DNA of 64,000 nucleotides from Giardia intestinalis (Eukaryota): NCBI GenBank assembly GCA_000002435.2, contig CM018791.1; one strand, 5' to 3'. Shown piece by piece: positions 57,501 to 64,000 of this stretch (position 1 is its first letter; each line of letters starts with the position of its first letter). The notes under the pieces were generated by a model. It saw only the letters and a program-made list of their open reading frames with translations, ran no database searches and was not told where the DNA came from. The position numbers and the translations under genes were made by a program.

Positions 57501-59484
57501 CTACGCTATTATGCCCATTTTGGAGGCGAAGTAATAGATCGCTGAGAGGTATCACCCTTGTTCGTAACTTAGAGAGGATTGTGCTGTGATCCAAAATTAT
57601 CGGAAGGGAGCCAATGTCCATATGGCCCAAGGGACGTGCAACATTTGTGACGATAGGATGAACGATAATGCCGAAGTTAGAGTTAAGCTTACTCTGGATC
57701 CCTGCTATATCTGCTTTAGAGATCACGCCTGTGGGAAGTCCCTCCAATTGAGACCGCATGGAGGTAATCTGCTCTGCAATGAGTGCAGCAGTACCTTCTG
57801 TATAAACAAAGGGTTCAGCGGAGAAAGGGACGATAATCTGCTGCTTGTGTAGTGGGACGCCATCGGTGTCGGATTCTGGCACTTCAGAGAGTCGTGCAGA
57901 CTGCGGTGAGGTGCGATCCATAATGTGTGCCTGCATGTCTATGCAGGCCTCGCAAGCAAGGTCTTCTGGCGAAAGGTCAAATCCAGAGTCTGGTTGCCCC
58001 CCTATGGAGGTCCGTCCTGGTGCGCTCCCGTCAATCAAACAGTTGAGTAAAGTGCCATCCGGTAACGCTTCCAATCGCAGCATAAGACGACAACAGCTAT
58101 CCGACCCAGACAGTACGACTGAGCGCATTTGCTGGAGGGCCTTCCCAGATAGATAGAAGACTTGTTGTGTGTTATGTCTCTTAGCATAGAAAAGAGGGAA
58201 TCGAAGGAATTCAACCCCGTTCTCTACAAGTATTGTAACTTGTTTTACCTGATTCTTTGGGTCCAGACTGGGGTGTCCGGCCTTCTGCTGCTTTGCCCCT
58301 GCTCCTTTACCAACCATCCCAGCAGAGGATTCATCGAGAGCAGCAACCTCCTTGGCCACCGTGTCATAATGGACCAACAGCGCATTAGTATAGGTAGCCT
58401 GTAAAAGCTCGTGAAGGGCGTTGTAAGTGTCGTTAAATGTTACTCCGCCATAGGTAGCAGACTGGGCCGTGTCTTGCTTTCCGGTCTCTGCTGGCTTTTT
58501 TGATGAGCTGTCTCTTTTAATAAGACTAGAAGTGGGCACCCCCATATGATAGCAATCTGCAAGCAATCCTAACACTGTGTTCGCAATGGATTGAGGGTCC
58601 ACTGGGTTCTTGGCGCCGACCTTTTCTCCAGATCCAGACAGCTGGGAGACAACCTTCATACCCGAGACAATAGAACTCTGGTCGAATAGAAGCTGAAATT
58701 CAGGGAAGACGATTTGGTATCTTTGAGATGAAGACAGACAAACTACGTCCTCAACAGTCTGTATCTTTGTTGGCTGTCTAACATCCTTCTCCACCCTGTC
58801 TAAGTAACCATTGTGGATTGTGGCAAGAGGAGTGTCATGCAGCCCTGGCAAATAGAGAGAAAGAGACCACCCGAAAGCTGGAAGTGTTGACTGCGTGATC
58901 TTACCCAGATTGGAAAAGCTTCCGATGAACTCCACTCCACTCAAAACTGGAGCAATCTTGTGTAGGTTGTGATAATCTGGGTTTGGAATAGATACCTTAA
59001 CGGTCACTTTGAGGGTCGCTGTCAATCCGGTGGAAAATGTGCTGGTGAACACTAGTGGAATGACCTCATTGGATACAGAATAGGTATGATCGGGTAACTC
59101 CGTGCTGTTGTCAATTAGATGACTGGAATCCATTATGTCCCGCAATGCTATCTCTGCATATGCGAAGCACGGAATCAAACTTAGCTCGGGATAGGAGACG
59201 TCATCTGCAGGCCGCTTTGCCTTCTTTGGGGGCTGGACAGCGTTTATAATAACGTATATGAACTCATTGTATGCTACAGAAAGTTCGTCCTCGTGGGTAG
59301 CGCACATTGGCCGAAAGGTTGCTGTCGTCTCTACGAACCTCTTTGTCTCTGGTTGAAATAGAAGTGGTGGCACGAAATCAACATAGACGCTTTGCCGAAA
59401 GTAGACGACAGGAATGTATTGAGTGAGGGGGTCAAACTGCCCCGCCTGGTCCGCGAAGCCGTGGGAGGTGAGCTCTATAAGCAT
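54586..59484 (-). CDS. Large hypothetical protein (about 1632 aa)
   Basis: The track ORF starts with TTG at 59502. The first ATG is at 59484 (MLIELTSHGF..), preceded by AGTATTTAAAATG. Mostly helical, with no enzymatic motif recognised. Confidence 0.6.
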   Translation of the reverse strand: MLIELTSHGFADQAGQFDPLTQYIPVVYFRQSVYVDFVPPLLFQPETKRFVETTATFRPMCATHEDELSVAYNEFIYVIINAVQPPKKAKRPADDVSYPELSLIPCFAYAEIALRDIMDSSHLIDNSTELPDHTYSVSNEVIPLVFTSTFSTGLTATLKVTVKVSIPNPDYHNLHKIAPVLSGVEFIGSFSNLGKITQSTLPAFGWSLSLYLPGLHDTPLATIHNGYLDRVEKDVRQPTKIQTVEDVVCLSSSQRYQIVFPEFQLLFDQSSIVSGMKVVSQLSGSGEKVGAKNPVDPQSIANTVLGLLADCYHMGVPTSSLIKRDSSSKKPAETGKQDTAQSATYGGVTFNDTYNALHELLQATYTNALLVHYDTVAKEVAALDESSAGMVGKGAGAKQQKAGHPSLDPKNQVKQVTILVENGVEFLRFPLFYAKRHNTQQVFYLSGKALQQMRSVVLSGSDSCCRLMLRLEALPDGTLLNCLIDGSAPGRTSIGGQPDSGFDLSPEDLACEACIDMQAHIMDRTSPQSARLSEVPESDTDGVPLHKQQIIVPFSAEPFVYTEGTAALIAEQITSMRSQLEGLPTGVISKADIAGIQSKLNSNFGIIVHPIVTNVARPLGHMDIGSLPIILDHSTILSKLRTRVIPLSDLLLRLQNGHNSVDKYMITTSDFMKRLFIDSALPPAQDADIDDYALICRFKECMRKVFLDKSTHGSSAEVINTCNQTLNANSRSKSVDKSGVDRQKPFAAIDLLLTKHVREFKDSYVKTTGKAMPIAQLHHKLMCAAKEAYTEAKQKQRKPEELLEYGDALLYSKARHEAARAIELYSAALVRERQRRRRGEHTMLIERAVEGLLRAFICTRNKAGVSRSLLRVFSIPLLHDAAGRTDTIMLSRLVLLTCHELISSGEDEYLALSLLYCANDLFDFEFRPATPNDRRQILERILLKVTCMDLFRVLNFSAEYNELKSLLIGTVRRACLEVEDSTGNASFYTGVTLLNLPLGAHDKCSRNYVPDEYIMIALRLALAEYLLLEGSVPAAQKCLAQLDISTSLLPEQYSSMTTKRVIILARCAILEGRLGDAKSLLLRDTFLVTKGSGDFNPYVLFQDMLGSADDIATSYLDLLDQSLDINAPGLLGNLALIGASTHTVPVIFSIINKNLPRFAVAHAIQGDFNSVVPLPSWSTSITASTKSHSHSKTGTTNQQSTSNEAILSVIPESSTVSTTLLNDIRALTFTSIIFNSRVSLDMLLQAHAMYRSIETPVVYYGGLLDCPVLTGFSLYDDIYMCRIILSLCARHVPVQDCIPFIVPFEKPSEDEFAVAAKVFESIKRNLDEEDADQYHNPLEFQTLKPVSPSSTSSNLTSSISGSFTTDYLGIALPQTARGVSQLVESIGSRLISFSASTISTNYFSSELLGTMGIIMLYAGKQDHLKALTRAVELDAFNFPSWCGLALSLSSMLASHVDGRVHKFSLEQIRDKIVECTGRMLDIAAAMSIVPFNYAFIAIAQSLLDTMAEDTTILSQTALKLLDKVRSDVPLIPFCIDTSKTFPTYFLAGASLHTSWFINRLKALAYVSCGTLVDVADAYLASLKGIGGVLPGRSIAEIAERVLLMAETSYSYEVCNRIKDAEDVMNNGLTRLK

Positions 59485-59527
59485 TTTAAATACTTGGCTC
59501 AATTTCCCTCAATTTCTGTCTGGCAAT

Positions 59528-60637
59528 TTACAGCACCTTGGCCATCTTGTGGAAAAGGGTCCCCCGCGCCTTGAGCTCACTTGCAGGAATAGCAATACAC
59601 TCTGTTGCTGTCTCGCAGACCGCTGTTCGGGTCTCTCCCTTACCAATAAAGACAGACTCACAGCCGAAGATAGAACCTTCCTGGAACCCGTCTCCGTAGC
59701 CATCAACGACAATAAGAAGGCAGCTTGTCACTTCGTTTGCAGTCACTATTGAATCCCCCTTGGCAAAGACCTTCACCTCCCCCAGAGATGCGACAAAGGA
59801 TGTCTCGTCATCAGTCAGAGAGGTGAATTTGTCTTTCAGGTAGTGAACTATTGCATTCCCTGAAAGCAGGGATCGCCGCTGATTGAAAATCATCTTTATG
59901 TACGCTACTCTGGGCAGCACAGCAGTGCAAACCTTGGTAGGTTGATTTGCAGTCGCCTCTGGTGCTCCAGCTTGAGACCCTTGACCTTGAACCACTCCAG
60001 TGGGCTTATCTGTTAGAGGATCATATACAGATGCAGTGAAGTGCAACTTCCCCGGAACCGGAAGACAGCACTGCTCTCCGAAGAACTGCCCCACACTCAA
60101 GATCGCTGCATCTCCGTTACGATAACGTGCAAACACCTTCCCAAATAAGATGAAGACCAGCCCATCCGTTGGCTCATCCACTCTGTAGAGAGTAGAGCCC
60201 GGAGGATACTCCTTCAAAACAAACATGGTCCTCAAGTTAGACATAAGCTGCGGGCTCAGAGATGATAGGTGCGGATGTGTCTTGACAAGGTTAAGAATCT
60301 GGTCATCTAGCGCGACATTGTTAAGCCTGATCGCATGCGGAGCTGTGCAGTCCAAGGAAACTGTCCGCTCAGAGGTTCTGGCTCGTTGTATCATGCAAAG
60401 GCGGTAGACTATTGCAGCAAAAGGGTCCTCTGGCATATCCTCTAGCAAGGTAAGCAAGCACTCTCTAAAAGCCATGTTCACCTGGTGGGTCGATAGATAT
60501 TCGTCTAGTTTCCTGTGAGACTCTTGACAGTGTGCGTCTTTTCTAAGGGCTTCCACTAGCAGGGTAGCGAGGTCCTGCTCCGGTCGCTGTACTATGCGAC
60601 GATTCTTCATAAGGTCGTCCTCGTCCTGGCTAGCCAT
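59528..60637 (-). CDS. Cyclic-nucleotide-binding-domain protein with two tandem degenerate CNB folds (PKA regulatory-subunit-like)
   Basis: The first CNB-like domain (FVLKEYPPGSTLYRVDEPTDGLVFILFGKVFARYRNGDAAILSVGQFFGEQCCLP....HFTASV) keeps the conserved Gly-Glu, but Arg in the phosphate-binding cassette is replaced by His. The second (VKVFAKGDSIVTANEVTSCLLIVVDGYG...SIFGCESVFIGKGETRTAVCETATECIAI) retains RTA. ATG at 60637 has initiator TAAAATTCAACTTAAATTTCTGG..ATG. Confidence 0.5.
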   Translation of the reverse strand: MASQDEDDLMKNRRIVQRPEQDLATLLVEALRKDAHCQESHRKLDEYLSTHQVNMAFRECLLTLLEDMPEDPFAAIVYRLCMIQRARTSERTVSLDCTAPHAIRLNNVALDDQILNLVKTHPHLSSLSPQLMSNLRTMFVLKEYPPGSTLYRVDEPTDGLVFILFGKVFARYRNGDAAILSVGQFFGEQCCLPVPGKLHFTASVYDPLTDKPTGVVQGQGSQAGAPEATANQPTKVCTAVLPRVAYIKMIFNQRRSLLSGNAIVHYLKDKFTSLTDDETSFVASLGEVKVFAKGDSIVTANEVTSCLLIVVDGYGDGFQEGSIFGCESVFIGKGETRTAVCETATECIAIPASELKARGTLFHKMAKVL

Positions 60638-60756
60638 TCCACTTCTTCCAGAAATTTAAGTTGAATTTTAAGCAGGACACTTTATCTTTGTGACCTCACT
60701 ACGCTGTGCACTACACTGCATACTACACTGCATAAGCGCTCTACAACTAGGTGCTC

Positions 60757-62451
60757 ATGAAGAATAAACAGAAATCGTATACCGACCTGCCCAATAAGGA
60801 AGTCCACCTTGAGCAGACGTTCCGACGTGGTTTCAGAGATCGGACAACTGGTGCCACCAGCCCGTTATTAAAATGTCCTAAAGCTGAGAGTGCCTCCTTG
60901 CCTGGTGGTGGCTTGTCTTGCAACTATTTATACATGATTATGTGGCCAATGTGGAAGGCTTATCTGTACATTTTTCTTGCGCGTCTATTTTACAACGGCA
61001 CACTCTATGTTTTTCTCGTCTTACAATTCCTTATCAGTATCCATTTTTGCGGCTTTAACGGCACGCTTGCCTTTTGCAACTTCATTGCTTTCAGGGAGCT
61101 AATCCTAAACATCTCTAGCAACACCGCGACACGGGTCTTTTCATGCGCTGCACAGGTTCATCAACTAACCAATGACTTCACGTTCGTGAGGGGGCTATTA
61201 GTGCTGTATTTTCTAGTCTACATTTGCTACTCTGTCTTAATTATTCTGATTGTAGCACTTTTGAGGCAGGTATTCGGTGATGTTCTCAACGTATTCCCCG
61301 CTATCATAAAGCGCTTTCCACAGTATGACCCAGAATTGCTGAAAAACTATCTCTCTGTAATGAGCCTGCCACTTCAGGGTCTAGGCTTGGGAATCTGTAC
61401 CTTTATTAGCACAGAAAATAGATACTTCTTACCCGGCATAATCGCGTTTTCGTCTGTGCTGTGCAGCCTCTTCTTCCAGCTCCTCTTTCTGCTCTCCAGG
61501 ACCAACATTATCACGCACATCCAAGGTTCTCCTAGTAACGTTGTTTTGCTGCTCGAGGGCGTCCCTCAGATTGTATTTGGAATCGCTAGTGTGGTAGCAA
61601 TTGTCTATGTGATCTCTGTTGGCCGCGCACCCCAGCTCAGAAAGTATAATATCTTTCTTCATTTTCGCTATATCCACCGTGTAGATTTTAGCATGATAGC
61701 CAAGATGGCCAGGAACATGGTCGCTTTAACTCTTCAGCACTCTATCCAGCCATTACTACTTCTCTCTATTCAGTACAGAGTGGCTAGGACGTCTAATCCA
61801 TTCGAGTATTACTGCATGCAGATGCTTTGTGTGGTCATGTACTATCTTTTGACGCGATGCTCTGACACTATGGTGATGTCCTCCAGTGAAGCTTATGCGA
61901 TTGTCAGGGGAGTGTATGAGCAGGCAGGAATAGCTGAAAAGTCTTGGCTGCTAAAGCTTCTTTTCCTGGGGACGGCGTTGGCGTCATCATCACTGGTCTT
62001 GATATTCTTTCAAGCCTACCGAGAAAAAATCCTCACACTAAGCATACCGCTTGCTTTCCGTATGCATTCCAATTTGTTTTCCATGTACTTCTCCAACTAC
62101 AACGCAAGATACGCGACAGCAATTTGGACCTGCCTCATTCACATAATCACCAGCATATTTGTTACATATTTTAACGTGAGCGTTTTGTTTGAGGAGTCTC
62201 TACTGTATAGCCTCTCGATGATTGTGTATAAATATACTCTACTGGTTATTACGGTCTGCGTCACTCTGCAGCACATAGCCGGTGACTCGGCGCTGCCATT
62301 TATTTTTCTAATTATCAACGTGCTTACTCTCCCTCTCTACATACTAAGGTCGTTCGTTAGTTACAATCGCATGGCTCGTAAATCAAAGCAGACTATTGAA
62401 AAAGAAAAAGCTGTTTGTACAGCCATTTTCTATGATGTGCTGAAGAGTTAA
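60757..62451 (+). CDS. Polytopic membrane protein (about 564 aa, at least 10 predicted TM helices), function unknown
   Basis: The track ORF starts with GTG at 60751. The first ATG is at 60757. Hydrophobic helices run throughout the protein. No transporter signature recognised by eye. Confidence 0.5.
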   Translation: MKNKQKSYTDLPNKEVHLEQTFRRGFRDRTTGATSPLLKCPKAESASLPGGGLSCNYLYMIMWPMWKAYLYIFLARLFYNGTLYVFLVLQFLISIHFCGFNGTLAFCNFIAFRELILNISSNTATRVFSCAAQVHQLTNDFTFVRGLLVLYFLVYICYSVLIILIVALLRQVFGDVLNVFPAIIKRFPQYDPELLKNYLSVMSLPLQGLGLGICTFISTENRYFLPGIIAFSSVLCSLFFQLLFLLSRTNIITHIQGSPSNVVLLLEGVPQIVFGIASVVAIVYVISVGRAPQLRKYNIFLHFRYIHRVDFSMIAKMARNMVALTLQHSIQPLLLLSIQYRVARTSNPFEYYCMQMLCVVMYYLLTRCSDTMVMSSSEAYAIVRGVYEQAGIAEKSWLLKLLFLGTALASSSLVLIFFQAYREKILTLSIPLAFRMHSNLFSMYFSNYNARYATAIWTCLIHIITSIFVTYFNVSVLFEESLLYSLSMIVYKYTLLVITVCVTLQHIAGDSALPFIFLIINVLTLPLYILRSFVSYNRMARKSKQTIEKEKAVCTAIFYDVLKS

Positions 62452-62657
62452 CAGAAGCATTAGATTGTGGAGTTTTGCTTTTCTTTCAACACACAACAGG
62501 TGTTGAAGTTTTTGTTGGAGCAGAGCTAGAATGTAATGGAGTTGCATAGGTACTTATCCATTGCAAGGGCCAATGTGCGTGTCGAAATGGGTTGGCTTCA
62601 AATTTTCACTGTTTCTTCTCCACAGGTATCATGATAGAATAAAAAAGCCAGTAATTC

Positions 62658-63887
62658 ATGCCTGATCACGCATTCTGGAACACTCAGCCAGTCGTGCAGG
62701 AGTTGGTTGAGGCTCTAGAGGATGGCGACATGCCCCAAGATCTTATTTCTGTGGATCCTGCCCAGCATCCCGACACTTCCATCCCACTCCCGGAAAAGTT
62801 CGTCTGGACGGCTATTGATCCCCACGATGACGGCCATATGGCCGACCTCTACAAGCTTTTACACGCGTATTACGTCGAAGACACCAGTAACATGTTTCGC
62901 TTCGCGTATTCTAAGGATCTTTTAAGATGGTGGTTGACAAGTCCTGGTTGCAAACCAGAGTACTCTCTAGGAATACGCATAGACGACCCAGATAGCGAAG
63001 GCCACGGAAGGCTCATTGGTTATATTTCTGGGGTCGTGAGTGACTACGCCTACTCTAACGTGGACGGAGGCGAGGTCTTTTCTAGGCCCATGCAGAGTAT
63101 TGTATTTCTGTGCCTCGATAAGAAGTATCGTAGTCTAAAGTTGGCCCCGCTGTTAATTCAAGAGATCACACGCCGCTCGTACAAGAACGGAGTCTTCCAT
63201 GCCATATACACGTCTGGAACGTCTCTGACCGCTCCCATTCAGGTTGCAACCTACTACCACCGCATTCTCAATCCCCTGAAGCTGGCAAGAATTGGGTTTT
63301 GCACGAAGCCTAAAGCAATCAGCGACAAGGAGTTTGCCTTTTTCTACAAGCTGCCCTTTCTTCCCACTGCTTTGTCATCGTGCTTTCATGTTTGCACTGA
63401 AGCTGATATCCCTGTTCTCTATGATCTCTATCTAGAGTATACTCGCAGAAAGTACAAGTTCAGGCAGATCTACTCCAAAGAAATGTTCACACATGTGGTG
63501 ACGCACAGAAAGGATAGCATCCACACACTGGTGTACAGAGAGAAAGAGGGAGGGCAGCCAGATGCGTTTATCACCTACTACATCATCGACACGGCAGTCC
63601 TGGCCAAAGACATCAGAAAGCAATATCCAAACATGCGTAACGGGTACATTTACCTTTATTCTCTGCGCGATGACTGCAACCTGTCTATAGGCCAGCTAGT
63701 CCTCGCCCTTATGCACGATATGCAGAACAACAATATCGATGTCTGCACTGCTCTTAACGTAGGGCTTAACCCCAGCTTCTTCTCCACCATGAAGTTCGCA
63801 GAAGGGAGCGGAAAGCTGAATTACTATCTGTTTAATTTGAAATGGCCGAAGATGGCCTTGAAGGACATAGGGGTCGTGTTGATATGA
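62658..63887 (+). CDS. NMT: Glycylpeptide N-tetradecanoyltransferase (N-myristoyltransferase)
   Basis: The N-terminus has the NMT hallmark HAFWNTQPV. The fold is GNAT-like (LHAYYVEDTSNMFRFAYSKDLLRWWL; KKYRSLKLAPLLIQEITRR; GVFHAIYTSG). The C-terminal ..IGVVLI carboxylate end is typical of NMT. Initiator GATAGAATAAAAAAGCCAGTAATTCATG. Confidence 0.85.
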   Translation: MPDHAFWNTQPVVQELVEALEDGDMPQDLISVDPAQHPDTSIPLPEKFVWTAIDPHDDGHMADLYKLLHAYYVEDTSNMFRFAYSKDLLRWWLTSPGCKPEYSLGIRIDDPDSEGHGRLIGYISGVVSDYAYSNVDGGEVFSRPMQSIVFLCLDKKYRSLKLAPLLIQEITRRSYKNGVFHAIYTSGTSLTAPIQVATYYHRILNPLKLARIGFCTKPKAISDKEFAFFYKLPFLPTALSSCFHVCTEADIPVLYDLYLEYTRRKYKFRQIYSKEMFTHVVTHRKDSIHTLVYREKEGGQPDAFITYYIIDTAVLAKDIRKQYPNMRNGYIYLYSLRDDCNLSIGQLVLALMHDMQNNNIDVCTALNVGLNPSFFSTMKFAEGSGKLNYYLFNLKWPKMALKDIGVVLI

Positions 63888-64000
63888 CTTGTAAATAGAA
63901 AACACGACAAGGTATATCCACGGCGCTGGGGGTATCCTACATATCATCGGACTTCTCGGTATATTCCTCGGTGGACGATTCATCGGTAGATTCTTCAGCA

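Noticed and set aside
63696-63983. 95-aa minus-strand ORF at the window end
   Set aside because: It overlaps the 3' end of the well-supported N-myristoyltransferase gene in antisense. The remaining 100 bp to the window edge is too short to call a gene.
1-64000. Introns, retrotransposons, telomeric TAGGG repeats, prokaryote-type operons/CRISPR
   Set aside because: No GTATGT...ACTAACACACAG-type Giardia intron signals, no reverse-transcriptase-like ORFs and no TAGGG arrays were seen. All genes are continuous ORFs. CRISPR and operon features do not apply to this eukaryotic nuclear segment.

Overview
This 64 kb window is eukaryotic and very gene-dense, with no apparent introns. Its content points to a diplomonad nuclear genome resembling Giardia intestinalis: an intact NEK kinase, three NEK-like pseudokinases fused to ankyrin repeats, ankyrin/coiled-coil 'Protein 21.1'-type genes and a VSP/HCMP-like cysteine-rich membrane protein fragment. 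Genes have short AT-rich initiator sequences abutting the ATG, and AGTRAAY poly(A) signals sit at or next to stop codons. About 30 protein genes are packed head-to-head or tail-to-tail with 4-100 bp spacers. Recognisable products, called from motifs read by eye without any database search, are:
- NEK kinase
- USP5-like ubiquitin hydrolase (zf-UBP, UCH, UBA)
- a 2254-aa ABCA-type ABC transporter
- BMS1 ribosome-biogenesis GTPase
- mRNA capping guanylyltransferase
- N-myristoyltransferase
- a GCP2/3-like gamma-tubulin complex protein
- a VAP/MSP-domain protein
- rhodanese/Cdc25-like, thioredoxin-fold and cNMP-binding proteins
- several >1000-aa orphan proteins
One tRNA-Leu(CAA) gene sits between the ABC transporter and a Glu-rich ORF built on a GAR repeat. 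The most unusual observations are:
- The ABC transporter ends exactly after the NBD2 signature motif, with a canonical AGTAAAC poly(A) signal on its stop, 76 bp from the tRNA.
- Three divergent gene pairs have their start codons only 15-21 bp apart.
- A convergent pair has stop codons 4 bp apart.
- An isolated VSP/HCMP-like fragment with a non-canonical tail lies among housekeeping genes.
No prokaryote-style system (CRISPR, operons, mobile elements) is present. The ORF track uses alternative start codons (TTG/GTG), so several starts were moved to the first ATG preceded by an AT-rich initiator. Coordinates I counted by hand may be off by 1.
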